The notes beneath the pieces were generated by a model, which saw only the letters and a program-made list of their open reading frames with translations, was not told where the DNA came from and did not search any database. A program made the position numbers and the translations under genes. A stretch of DNA of 59,294 nucleotides, filler included, from Squatina squatina (Eukaryota): the NCBI GenBank assembly GCA_031763465.1. It is 3 parts of 3 records of this genome, joined end to end, with 100 filler letters (N's around TTAATTAATTAA, not from the genome) between each part and the next. Parts side by side here need not be neighbours in the genome. Positions count along the whole stretch, not along the records: positions 17,424 to 46,575 come from JARFOE010000013.1; positions 46,676 to 59,294 come from JARFOE010000046.1; 1 more part is not named here. One strand, 5' to 3'. This document shows, piece after piece, positions 36,251 to 48,345 of this stretch (its first letter is position 1; each line of letters begins with the position of its first letter).

Positions 36251-38513
36251 GTTGACCTATGAAGAGAGTTTGTGTAGATCTTTTATAGATAATTAAAGTA
36301 TTTGGTGGATTCCTACTTTAAATTCCTATTGCCTCAACTAGAACTGTCCAGGAGGATAGTGAATTTATAAAGCTCTGGAAAACTCATCATATACGTACTC
36401 TAACCAAATAGTTCTAGCTGAACACAACTTTTCAAGAAAGGTATAGTCAACGTAGTGGAAAATATTGACCTGTAGGCAAATAACAATTCACATTAGAAAA
36501 GCTTCTGCTAGAAGCCTTTGGTGTTTCCATACAATCCATTTTCTGCTCATTCTATTAATGGAACAGTGTTGCATTGGCATCTTTTTTGAATATCTGAACA
36601 ATTGTTTGTACCATTTTGAGAAGAGGTGCTATCTTGCTGTAATTAGTTTGTGCCACATAATTATATACACAGCCAGTACAAATCGGTTTAATGAGCATTG
36701 AAGAAAGGAGGGTTGATAACCTAATTATAGTTTGTATTACATTATGATAAACACATTTGCCAAGATTGGCACAATGAACTGCCAACTAAAGGGTATAAAT
36801 GAACTAAAATGAAGAGCTCTTAAAGCTCGACTTCCCTATAAGGTCTCATTCAATTTATAAACCTTTATTTAGAAAACAAAATGTATAAATTGCACTTTTT
36901 GATGCCTTAAAATTACTGTCAATATCAACCACTAAATTTCTTTGACTGGTCATTCGCTTGTTGGGCTAATTGTGAATTCTCTCTCTCTCTCCCCTCCCTC
37001 CCACCCCACTCAGCCAATCTAATTTTTCTTAAGTATATTTTAGAAGCACATCAGCAGTACATTTTTTGTAGTTTAAACATCTGCAAGAGAATTTATATAC
37101 TTGGTGTTGTTATCAAAGTGCTCTTGTTCTAAATCTTTTAATAGTTGTTAATGGTAGTGTGAAAAGAAACTATCTCTTTGAAATAAAGGTAGATTGTGGT
37201 GGAATTTTATCCGATACCAAAGCCATGATATCTTGATTGTGTAGGCTAACAATCAAAAATCATATCTGCATTATTTTCCTGGTTGGGAGAAATGGTGAGA
37301 GAGAACATTCCAATATTTTTAGTCTGGATGATTTTTCATCCCAATTGCTGGCCTTTTGCAGGTTTCAAGTTTTAAGTGTGGGTGTGGGATGAAAAACCAT
37401 CTTGCCGCTGTAATTTTGAGTATTGCCAACCACCTGGGCTTTCTAATTTGCCTAAATTTTAAAATCCTTTGCCAGCTCAAAGTCTATGAAGATATTTTCC
37501 ACGGTTTATAATCCTATATGGGAGTGGAACTTGCCTATTTTCTTTTTACCTTTTCTCCCCCTTCCCCCTTCCCCCTTCCCCTTCCTCACCACACCTCCCC
37601 AGTTGACTTAGTTCCCATTGGATAGCAAATCAGTATAATTGATTGTAAATAGTCTTTGTACTTCGAGAGAAATTATTTGCTAAGCTATTTTATGAGAAAT
37701 CTGGGATATCCTTTACTATAATTGGATGTGCATGAATAAAAAAGCAAACTTGCACTGTACATGTGAAGAAACATTACCAAATTAAACCTCCAGCTGAAGG
37801 CTGTAAGGTTTATTGTGGTGATGATAAAAGGGATAATTTTTAAATTGATCCAGGTTTTTAACTTTACTATTGATAGCTTATTTCTGAACAGAGCAGAATG
37901 TGTAATATAATAACAAGAAGAACAGAAATGACAAGGTCAAAGAGTGAGTGAATGAAGAAACTCTTTTTTGATGGTGTTGATTGTGGGAAGAATTTTGACC
38001 AAACATCAGGAAAACTCACAGCTCTTTCGAATAAAGCTTTGATATATTTTGTCTATTGAAACAGGCAAATGGGGCCTTGGTTTAACATGTGATCCAAATT
38101 TGACATCTGATCCAAAAAATAGTACAATTGCATTTTTTTTGTTTTTTTAAGCATTGACTGTCCTAGGTGAGCCCTAGTTCCCTATGTCCTCACTTATCCT
38201 GATATCTAGGTAAGTCTCAGCATCCCTAGGCTAACAAAGCAAAAGCACCTTTTAAAAAAAAAACTACTTTAGCTACCAATTCTATACAATGTCTCTCGTC
38301 AAGATTTTGATCATCTTCAAAATGCAGTGGAATAACACTACTCGGGACCCTGTTTTAGATAGTAACCTTAAAAAAACATGTTTTATAGTAGGNNNNNNNN
38401 NNNNNNNNNNNNNNNNNNNNNNNNNNNNNNNNNNNNNNNNNNNNNNNNNNNNNNNNNNNNNNNNNNNNNNNNNNNNNNNNNNNNNNNNNNNNCTCAAAGG
38501 TACTTTTTTCCCT

Positions 38514-38760
38514 TTACTCCTCAGATGAGGTCTTCACATGCTGCCCCTGCAGATCGATCAATCTTTCCTTCTTCCCAATATAACCCAGAAACCCCTCACC
38601 CTGTCTGCTGTCGAGTGTGACTAATTGCTCCTTCTGCACATAGATCCTCTGCTCTGGTGACTCAGATTTCCTACACTTGGTGCAAATGCCGTGTGAATAT
38701 ACTGGAGATATGACAATCCACATATCTCAAACCACACGCATCACAAGAGCTCCATGTGGG
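38514..38760 (-). mobile_element. Old CR1 ORF1 N-terminal zinc-finger/coiled-coil fragment
   Basis: MWIV...GICTKCRKSESPEQRI...EQLVTL...GEGFL resembles the CxxC-MW...CxKC...E.RI..LE.L..E.FLD pattern of CR1 ORF1. Confidence 0.5.
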
Positions 38761-40431
38761 TCTAACTGCCTTGTAAAATAATTTTCCACTAGTACCAAAC
38801 TCTTTCAACCATTAAACTCCACTTACACACCCTAACAGCATTATTTGTTTTAAGAAGATAAAAAGCTCTTGTCCAGTCTCAACTTTGAGGTCAATCTCCA
38901 TGCTTTTTTGGCCTTTCATTTTAAAACTGAGAATTGGCTTTTCAAAAGTAAAAGTATAACTAATATGAGCCCATCATATCCATATCAGGATAGCCTCATG
39001 TGCCACCAGGCACTACAGATATGGACATTTTCTTTCCCTTTTGATTCATACTTTTAGCTGAGACTTGAGAATTATCATTCTTGAATGCCCCTCATTTCCA
39101 TGTTAGGACAGGTTGATATTCTTGCCTTGTTCGAGGGTGATATTCTCGCCTTCCTTTGTGCTCCTTTTCAAGCTTTTTGCACTATCTCCCAGACCCTGAA
39201 AGTAGTCACCACGGGTTCAATAGAGATTTATTGCCAGGCTTGCTCAGTCCAGGGGATGATCTGAGCCAGGTCCCTGGACTAAAAGATTCAGTGCATTTCA
39301 GGAAATTATGTCAACAAAGACTTCTGTGTTATCATCCATAAAATGGGCTTTTTGTTTTGTTTTGTTTTATCAAAGGTTTGTACACTTGGCCAATTAACTT
39401 GAGAATTATTTGTGGCTTATATCATTTAACTGCTAATTGAAGAGATGGAGAAGCAGTATGTCCAGATTGGCTGATTTTCATCCATTAACACTAATGGACT
39501 TGGACTGCATGAAATAAGCGCATATTGGAAATGTGGACATATGCTTTGTATGATCAGAAAATCATGCACAGTACATAACCAGATTTCTGGTATGTGCTGC
39601 CAATGAATACAGTGTCTGATAATTATTCCTAGCATCTTATTTCAGTTGCTGTGTATTAATGAAAACATTTTCTGCAAGAAAAGCATCGTTAATTTCCAAG
39701 ACAGTATCAGTTACTTAAGATAAAGGTCCCAGAAGTGTCAACATTTGCAGGAAGTCTCCAAACAGGATAAAGCTGAAGTATCAGATTTAAAATCATTCCC
39801 TCATTTCCTTCCATTGGTTTAGTATTAACTTACAATACATACTAGCTTTATTTTTCGTATACATTTTTCTTTAAATACTAAATTACAAGATTTTAACTGA
39901 AGTATATCATGACTTTCTTATGGCAAGTGGGTTCTTGTGGGGGATTGATACTTTTATGATTAAGCAGTAATTGAATCAAATTAGAATGCAATCTAAACAA
40001 CTAATTGATAAGTTTTAACACTAATAACTTTCAGTCAGAATGCAAAACAGTTCAACATTTTTATTGAAAATGTGTAAACTTGAAGCATTAATCAAATGAA
40101 AACATAAATGCTACTTTGTACCTATGCTGATAAGAGGCATAAAAGATTTGTGCCTACACTGTTGATTTATCCAAGACTGAGCATTACTTCATTTTCACTG
40201 CAGAAGTGCAAACATAACACATTTCTTGCTGTCACTCTACTGAATTGATGTGGAGTTAAGTATGCAGTAAGAATCCAATTGCATTTTTCTGAATCAGCAA
40301 ATCCACCACTGCCATATTTTCACTTCAAACAAAAGGTACTAGCTACAAATCAGTCATATCCTAATGAATAACCTTTCCTCTTTCTCCCAGAAAAATGGTG
40401 AGGGTTTATTTTAATTACATCTTCATAAACT

Positions 40432-40585
40432 TCACCACTACCAAAACAGATGAACTGGTCATTTATCTCACTGCTGTTTGTGGAACGTTGCTCTGTGCAA
40501 ATTGGCTGTCTCGGTTGCCTACAAGCATAACTACACTTCAGAACTAAGTTGACTGTGAAAGGATGTGAAAGATGCTATAAAAATC
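40432..40585 (+). mobile_element. DeuSINE central/3' fragment
   Basis: Contains aacagatgaactggtcatttatctcactgctgtttgtggaacgttgctctgtgcaaattggctg...gtgaaagatgctata. Confidence 0.75.
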
Positions 40586-40729
40586 TCTTTTAGTTACTCA
40601 AACTTTTTGTTACCATTTTACTTCTATCTCTTTTTAAGGACCCCTAATGCTAACTCCTTTATTGAACTAAAAACACTGAGCTGATCTACTCTAAGATCAT
40701 TGCTAGTGTTTTGTCTACAATCTGTACCT

Positions 40730-41104
40730 AAAAAGCAAAATACTGCAGATGTTGGAAATCAGAATTAAAAACAGAAAATGCTGGAAACACTCAGATCAGG
40801 AGAGAGATCTGTGGAGAGAGAAACAGAGTTAACATTTCAGGTCGATGACCTTTCATCAGAAATGGAGTAGTTAGAGATGTAACAGATGTTAAGCAAGTGT
40901 AGGTAGGGGCAGGGAAAGGGGGGTGGGGGGGGGGGGGAAGAACAAAAGGGAAGATCTGTGATAAGGTGGAAGACAGAAATGATTAAGAGACAAAAGGGAT
41001 GGTAGTACAAAGCAAAAGGAGGTGGTAATGGGCAGGTTAAGAAACAAAAGATGAGTCTAGATAGGGTGCAAATGAAAATGGCAGAGTCATCAACAGCTGC
41101 CATG
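40730..41104 (-). mobile_element. Penelope-like element terminal region
   Basis: A longer copy of 9125-9250 with a pyrimidine-rich minus-strand segment and a hammerhead core. A CR1 tail (aatcatagaag) abuts it at about 41106-41180. Confidence 0.78.
40826..40864 (-). ncRNA. Minimal type-I hammerhead ribozyme (Penelope-associated), degenerate
   Basis: The minus strand reads AUUU-CUGAUGA-A-AGGUC-AUC-GACCU-GAAAU-GUU/AACU: complete core, 5-bp stem II, near-palindromic very short stem III, and one mismatch in stem I. Confidence 0.75.
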
Positions 41105-43199
41105 GGAATCATAGAAGTTTACAGCATGGAAGAACACCATTCGGCCCATTGTGTCCGTGCTAGCTGACAAAGATATCCAGNNNNNNNNNNNNNNNNNNNN
41201 NNNNNNNNNNNNNNNNNNNNNNNNNNNNNNNNNNNNNNNNNNNNNNNNNNNNNNNNNNNNNNNNNNNNNNNNNNNNNNNNTGATTTAGCATGTTAAACCA
41301 TCTTGGGCCGAGGAGAAATTTTAGAAGCATGGACAATAATGCACTAATGTCCCATTAATGCTAGCACACCAAATTGCTGCATAATAATGAATGCTCAGCA
41401 TATATGTTGGTTCTAATACCTGGTAATTTCACCCCTCTGTGACTAACTTGGAAAACTAGCAACAAAGAAAAAGAAATGATTTATCACGTTCTCCTATTAA
41501 AAGGGAGACAATTTAAGAATAAGTTGGTATCCCCCCATAAAGGGGAAGCACTCATTGATGCAAACCCTGTAGGGTTTGGGCCTTGCCCACAATTTACTGG
41601 TGTGCTTAAAATGAGGCCTTTCATCATGTACGCACGTTTCCGATATGCAATATGTTACATTTACATCTCAATCAAAATTCATCTGCTATTGCTCAGCCTA
41701 TCCGCTTAGTTTGATTTCTGAACTTTTTCTAATGCTGTTTGTTGACCTTTACATTTGTTGCCGAGCAATGCTAGATTTCAGAAAAGGCCTGTCTCCAAAA
41801 CCAGTTCTGGATAGTGTGAACAGCAGGGGACTTGTAAAAGATGCAAGTGTAATTTGTTTAGTCACTGCACAGACAGCTTTTTGTATTTTATTTTTCACTT
41901 TTTTGTTTCCTATACCAAGCCTGTTGTCAATCCAGTTAGTTAATTTGCTGTTAATTCCAGAGGACCCATTTTTGTNNNNNNNNNNNNNNNNNNNNNNNNN
42001 NNNNNNNNNNNNNNNNNNNNNNNNNNNNNNNNNNNNNNNNNNNNNNNNNNNNNNNNNNNNNNNNNNNNNNNNNNNTGACAATTTGTTGCTCTTCAAATAA
42101 CTCAATAACTTCAATTGAAATAAAAATTGGGAGAGATGTCAAACAGGGTGTTTTACATTATTACACAAAGTTAAAATTTAGCGCAGTATCTTTCCTCCTC
42201 TGACCCTCTCAGCTTCTTCAGGTTCCTGATGCTTCTGTGTCCCACCTGCTATTTTCTGGCTCCTGCTGCTTCTCTTCCATGCTGGCTTTCTCCAGTTTTC
42301 TGTTCTGTCTTTTCTCTTTACAGATGCTGCTGGACCTGTTGTCTATTTCTAGAATTTTCTGTTTTTGCCTTCAGTTTCCAGCTCCAAGGCAAGTTAGTGA
42401 TTCCTGGTACTTCTCCAAGCCCATTACCACCCACTCCTCCAGCCTACAGCACCAGTGAAGCGCTGACTGTTGACATATATGTATTACTTCCCTGGTTGTA
42501 TATTTTACATCTCTCCAGAGAGTTGAGTACATAATCTAGGTTAACACTTCAATGCAATGCGGAGTGCTGCACTATCAGATCTGCCGTCTTTCGAATGAGG
42601 CGGTGAACTTTCTGAGGNNNNNNNNNNNNNNNNNNNNNNNNNNNNNNNNNNNNNNNNNNNNNNNNNNNNNNNNNNNNNNNNNNNNNNNNNNNNNNNNNNN
42701 NNNNNNNNNNNNNNNNNCCACTGCTGGTGCAATTCTATGCATTTCTGGAGCTTTCCTATACTTTCTGTAAAATTTCAGTAGTTTACAGTGAGCTGTCTGG
42801 ATGGTGCTGAAGTGCTTTATTGATCATTTAAAAGCTTTTGCTGAGTCAAGTTGCTTCCAGACATGGGTGGTCTGATCGACCTTCCTCTGGGAATTGAGCC
42901 TGGCTGGATAATGAAGATAGGCCATCCAGAGCAGGACAAGCTGTTCGAAGAGGGAGGAGGGGGAAAAGGGATCTCAGCAGTTGGCCATATCCGCTGAGTG
43001 TCTTTATGTTTGTGTGATGTGGCTGTCATGGTTGAATAGCTGCCAGTGAGTGAGAGCTGCAAATTGTGGGTGCAACACTTGCAACAATGCTAAATGTGTG
43101 AGGGTGCGGTAAAGCATAAGAATTTTAGGATTGAGTACTGATTGATAGAGATTGTTGGTAGGTGGGTGATGGGGATTGAGTAATGGATGAGGTTAGTGG

Positions 43200-43460
43200 T
43201 AGGATGTGCCATTTGAAGATGACTCATGTGAGATTGTGAAAATTCTACCTGCACTGTATCCATTTTATTGGAGCAACACACCAAGCATTGATCTCTGCCT
43301 CTATTTCTTCCCACTGCTTCCTGAGCATCTGTCTGGAGGGCCTCCTGCTGCCCTTCGGATGCAGGATGTCACACCTTCTCTCCAATTCTTCCATCAAGGC
43401 CTCCAGTGCAGTGACTGAAAAATTTGGTCCATGCTCTCTCACATGTTCAGGCATTGTTCA
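43200..43460 (-). mobile_element. Harbinger Myb/SANT-like DNA-binding ORF, decayed
   Basis: PNFSVTALEALMEELERRCDILHPKGSRRPSRQMLRKQWEEIEAEINAWCVAPIKWIQCR*NFHNL fits the W..I...VN...QC..(W/F).NL signature. Confidence 0.85.
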
Positions 43461-43752
43461 AAGTATCAGAGCACAGATTTAGTTTTCATATGACTCCCAC
43501 CACTTCTTACAGCCACAATGCACCCCCCCCTTTAAGAGGTGCAGGCTGCCTTTAAGTAGTGCTAGACTCTCGCAATATTGGGCCCCTGCTGATGTGTGCA
43601 GCTATTGAACAGCATGGGCAGTGCTGGCTGCATGCTGCAATTGTATAAAGCANNNNNNNNNNNNNNNNNNNNNNNNNNNNNNNNNNNNNNNNNNNNNNNN
43701 NNNNNNNNNNNNNNNNNNNNNNNNNNNNNNNNNNNNNNNNNNNNNNNNNNNN

Positions 43753-44946
43753 AGAGTGTATGAGAAGAGAATAGTGGCTAACATAAAAGGGAACCCAAAA
43801 GTTTTTTTTTTATAAACATATAAATAGTAAAAAGGTCTTCAAAAGGAAGGGTGGGTTCAATTAGGGACCAAAAAGGTCTTCTTGTGAAGGAAGAGGACAT
43901 GGCTGAGTACTTAATGAGCACTTTGCACCGGTTTTCACTAGAGAAGATGAGGCTGCCAATGGAGTAGTAAAGGAGGAGGCAGTAGCAATGATGGATAGAA
44001 TTAAAATAGATAAACAGGAGATACTTAAAAGGGTAACAGTACTCAAAGTAGAAAAGCCACCTGATTCGGATGGGATGCATCCTAGGTTAGAGGAAAGCAA
44101 GGGTGGAAATTGCAGAGGCTTTGGCCACAATCTTCCAATCCTCCTTGGATATGGCCAGAGGCCTGGAGGATTGCAAATGTTACACCTCTGTTCAAAAGAG
44201 GAATAAACCCAGCAATTACAGGCCAGTCGGTCTAACGGTGGTAGTGGGGAAACCGAGTCAATAATCCAGGATAAACTTAATTGGCACTTGCAAAAGTATA
44301 GGCTAATAAATCAAAGCCAGCATGGATTTGTTAAAGGCAAATCATGGTTGACTAACTTGAACGAGTTCTTTGATGAAGTAACAGAAATGGTTGATGAGGG
44401 TAGTGTAGTTGGTGTGTTTATGGACTTTCAAAAGGTGTTTGACAAAGTACCACAAATTAGACTGATTAGCAAAATTAAAGCGGAGGGAAGTATACAGTAG
44501 TGATCCCCAGGGGTCAGTATTAGGAGCACTATTTTTTTTGATGTATATTAATGACCTGGACTTGGGTATACAGGACATAATTTTAAAGTTTGCTTAGGAA
44601 ACAATGAGAAGGATAGTAACAGACTTCAGGAGGATAGACTAGACAAGACGGGCTGGTAAAATGGGCAAGCACATGAAATTTAATGCTGAGAAGTATGAAG
44701 TGATGCATTATGGTAGGAAGAATGAGGCAAGGCAATATTAACTAAATGGCACAATTTCAATGGGAATGCAGAAAAAGTTCAGAAGACTGTTAAAAAAAGA
44801 CATGGGATCCTTGGCTTTATTATTAGAGGCTTAGAACACAAAAGCAAGGAAGTTTGCCAAATCAATATAAAACACTGGTTAGGCCTCAGCTGGAGTATGG
44901 TGTTTAATTCTGGGCACTACACTTTAGGAAGGATGTTAAGGCCTTC
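43753..44946 (+). mobile_element. CR1 ORF2, decayed with internal deletions
   Basis: Reads RIVANIKGNPKVF..., SQHGFVKGKSWLTNLNEFFDEVT...MDFQKVFDKVP and PQGSVLGALFFLMYINDL. Confidence 0.93.
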
Positions 44947-45548
44947 NNNNNNNNNNNNNNNNNNNNNNNNNNNNNNNNNNNNNNNNNNNNNNNNNNNNNN
45001 NNNNNNNNNNNNNNNNNNNNNNNNNNNNNNNNNNNNNNNNNNNNNNGCACAAGAACCAATTTGTAATTCAAAAAATGAATCAAAAATCGATCCATGCTTG
45101 CTGACACTGTAGGAGGAATATTAGAGTTGCCCTTGGAGACAACTCTTCTGACTCCTTCCTTTTCTCCTCAGTGATGAGACACCTTGGCCAACTCTTGGTC
45201 CCTCCCTATTTTGTGTGGCTGAGATCAGAACCTCAGAAGAGTTTCACCTACTTGTCATGATTAATTTATATTTGGGTGGCATATTAAGTGGTGAGAAAAA
45301 TATGTAAACAAAACATGAAGTAACAGTGAAAAGAAAATAGGAAAATAATTCTTGTCAATGTCTGTGCAAATTTTCTCCCTCCCTACTTGAAGGAGTTGAC
45401 CCTTTAGAGGATACATTACCTCAGATGATGCTCAGCCTTCAATACTTTGCAAGGTGCCTATTATGTGTGAGGTGTGAGCCTTGACGATAAATGTTGGCAA
45501 GATATTTGCTTTCAAGAGATGTCACAGCCAAATACAATCCCATCCCGT

Positions 45549-46575
45549 GAAGTAACAGAGTATTGATGAAGGCAGTTCAGTTGATATGTATATGGTCTTT
45601 CAAAAGGTGCTTGATAAAGTACCACATAATAGACCTGTTGGCAAAATTGAAGCCTGTGGAATTAAAGGGGCAGTGGCTGTGTGGATACAAAATTGGCTAG
45701 GGGACATGGAGCAGAGAGTAGTGGTGAACAATGTTTTTCACACTGGAGGCAAGTATACAGTGATATCCCCCACAGGTTGGTGTTGGGACCACTGCTCTTT
45801 TTGATGTATATTAATGACCTGCACTTGGGTTTACAATGCATAATATCAAAGTTTGCAGATGACACAAAACTCCAAAATATAGTAAATAGTGACGAGGATT
45901 GTAACAGATGTCAGGAGGACAAAGACAGATTGGTGAAATGGGCAAAGACATGGCAGCTGAAATTTGGCGCAGAGATGTGTGAAGTGATACATTTTGGTAG
46001 GAAGAATGAGGAGAGGCAATATAAACCAGATGGTACAATTTTAAAGGGGATGAAAGGACAGAGAAACTTGGGGGTGTATGTCCACAAAACTTTGAAGATG
46101 GCCAGGACAAGTTGAAAAGACTGTTAAGAAAGCATATGGGATCATTGACTTTATAAATAGAGGCATAGAGTACAAAAGTGAGGAAGTTATGCTGAACCTT
46201 TATAAAACACTGGTTAGGCTGGAATATTGTGGCCAATTCTGGGCACCACACTTTAGGATGGATGTCAAGGCCTTAAAGAAGGTGTAGAGGAGATTTGCTA
46301 GAATGGTACCAAGGATAAAAGACTTCTGTTACGTGGAGGGACTAGAGAAACTAGGGTTGTTCTCCCTGGAGCAGGGAAAGTTATAGGGAGATTTGATAAG
46401 GGGTGTTCAAAATCATGAAGGGTTTTGATAGACTAAATAAGAGGAAACTCTTTCCAGTGGCATAAGGGTTGGTAACCAGAGGACACAGGTTTAAGGGAAC
46501 TGGCAAAAGAGCCAGAAGGGAGATGTGGAAAACAAATTACGCAGCTAGTTGTTGTGATCTGGAATGCACTGCCTG
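45549..46575 (+). mobile_element. CR1 RT to C-terminus, decayed
   Basis: Reads FQKVLDKVPHNR and VLGPLLFLMYINDL...ISKFADDTKL...CEVIHFGRKN. Confidence 0.95.
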
Positions 46576-46675
46576 NNNNNNNNNNNNNNNNNNNNNNNNN
46601 NNNNNNNNNNNNNNNNNNNTTAATTAATTAANNNNNNNNNNNNNNNNNNNNNNNNNNNNNNNNNNNNNNNNNNNN
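46576..46675. other. Artificial contig/scaffold-join linker
   Basis: 44 N + TTAATTAATTAA (46620-46631) + 44 N. Confidence 0.97.
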
Positions 46676-47351
46676 AAGACTATGAGGTCCAACTACAGTT
46701 CTTGGAAATCCTGTTCCGTACTTCGTCTCATTTATTTTCAAGTGCCAGGAATGACTGATCTAGGAAAACACTGCTATACCCACAGGCACCAGATGCATGT
46801 TTTTAAAACCACAATGGTTCAGATTATTTTCTGCCATTTTTCAGAAGTTTCAAGGGATGTGATCTTTTGCTCTTTTCACACATTCACAACCTCTCTCATT
46901 CATCTGGCCACCGACAGAATTGGCTGTTGTTCTATTGTTCATCTCAAGTGCTCACAATCTGTAAACCCGTGACAGCTGGAGATTGTACAGTTTAGAGGTC
47001 AGACATTGTGCTATTGTACCAGCACTGGCTGCCGCACTTCAATTATCCATGGTTTGACCTTGCTTTGATTTTACTACACTGCTCCAATTTTCTCCCCCTT
47101 CTCCTGGCGTTGCTGACTCATGCTAGAATATGGTTCACGGGTGCCAGGGAAATACAATGGCCCGCCCTTGTCGCTATTCTTCATGTATGAGCATTTACAG
47201 TGACTGTTTGCAGGTATATTACCATGGGGGCCATCACAGCTGAGCCTTATCCTATCCTCACTTGATATTCACACATATTCAAACAGGCATCAGACAGTGA
47301 TCAGGAATGGGAATCCTTGGCTGATATTTGTCAGCGGTGTCATGGCGTCAC

Positions 47352-47585
47352 CCGTGCCTCATTTGGTAACACTCTCGCCTGTGAGGTCAGAAGGTCATGG
47401 GTTTAAGTCCCATCCTGGAGACTGGAGCACAAAATCTACGCTGACACTCCAGTGCAGCACTGAGGGAGCGCTGCACTGTCGGAGGTGCCGTCTTTCAGAT
47501 AGGACGTTAAGTCAAGGCCCCGTCTGCCCTCTCAGGTGGATGTAAAAGATCCCATGACACTATTTCGAAGAAGGGCAGGGGAGTT
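47352..47585 (+). mobile_element. tRNA-headed DeuSINE (SacSINE1-like), 5' half
   Basis: A-box-like TGCCTCATTTGG (47355-47366), B-box-like GGTTTAAGTCCC (47400-47411), then gctgacactccagtgcagcactgagggagcgctgcactgtcggaggtgccgtctttc. It ends where a CR1 tail begins. Confidence 0.8.
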
Positions 47586-48200
47586 AGAACAGGAGTAGGC
47601 CATTTGGCCCCTCGAGCCTGCTCCACCATTGAACAAGATCATGGCTGATCTTCTACCTCAACACCATTTTCCTGCACTATCCCCATATCCCTTGATGCCA
47701 TTAATATCTAGAAATCTATCAATCTCTGTCTTGAATATACTCAATGACTGAACCTCCACACCCCTCTGGGGTAGAGAATTCCAAAGATTCACCACCCTCT
47801 GAGTGAAGAAATTTCTCCTCATCTCAGTGCGAGATGGGCTACCCCTTATTCTGAGACTGTGTCCCCTGGTTCTCAACACTCACTCCCAGCCAGGGGAAAA
47901 ATCCTCTCTGCATCTACCCTGTCGAGCCCTGTAAGAACTTTGTATGTTTCAATGAGATCACCTCTCATTCTTCTAAACTCTGGAGAATACAGGCCTAAGG
48001 TGTGGTGCCCAGAACTGCTCACAGTGCTCCAGGTGTGGTGCCCAGAACTGCTCACAGTGCTCCAGGTGTAGTCAACCAGGGCTTTGTACAGCTGCAGCAT
48101 AACTTTTACCCGCTTGTAATCGAGTCCTCTCGATGTAAAGGCCAGCATTCCATCAGACTTTTTGATTATTTTCTGTACCTGTTCATGACATTTTACTGAT
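47585..48200 (-). mobile_element. CR1 3' end plus upstream ORF2 piece containing a 33-bp tandem duplication
   Basis: Reads RMRGDLIETYKVLTGLDRVDAERIFPL and RTRGHSLRIRG...RRNFFTQRVVNLWNSLPQ. AGGTGTGGTGCCCAGAACTGCTCACAGTGCTCC occurs twice at 47998-48063. Confidence 0.93.
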
Positions 48201-48207
48201 CTGTAAC

Positions 48208-48345
48208 TAACCCATGCTGTACCTGTCCTGGGAGTGTTTGCTGGGATAGTGCAGAGGGAGCTTTACTCTATCTAACCCGTGCTGTACCTGCTCTGGGAGT
48301 GTTTGCTGGGATAGTGCAGAGGGAGCTTTACTCTATCTAACCCGT
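48208..48345. repeat. 65-bp tandem repeat, more than 2 units, running into a gap
   Basis: TAACCCGTGCTGTACCTG...GAGGGAGCTTTACTCTATC units start at 48208, 48273 and 48338. Confidence 0.9.

Noticed and set aside
35637-36262. Long ORFs of 168-186 aa and other X-containing ORFs
   Set aside because: Artefacts of translating through N runs.
37548-37600. Collagen (Gly-X-Y) exon of COLEC10
   Set aside because: It is a simple (CCCTTC)n-type repeat with 6-nt periodicity and lies beyond SAMD12 exon 2.
38132-38215. Second recursive-like motif TAG|GTGAGC ... TAG|GTAAGT
   Set aside because: An earlier AG separates the T-tract from the junction, and the region appears to overlap decayed SINE sequence. Much weaker than the site at 49516.
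47352-47420. tRNA gene
   Set aside because: The A and B boxes are degenerate, there is no cloverleaf, and the sequence continues into a SINE body.
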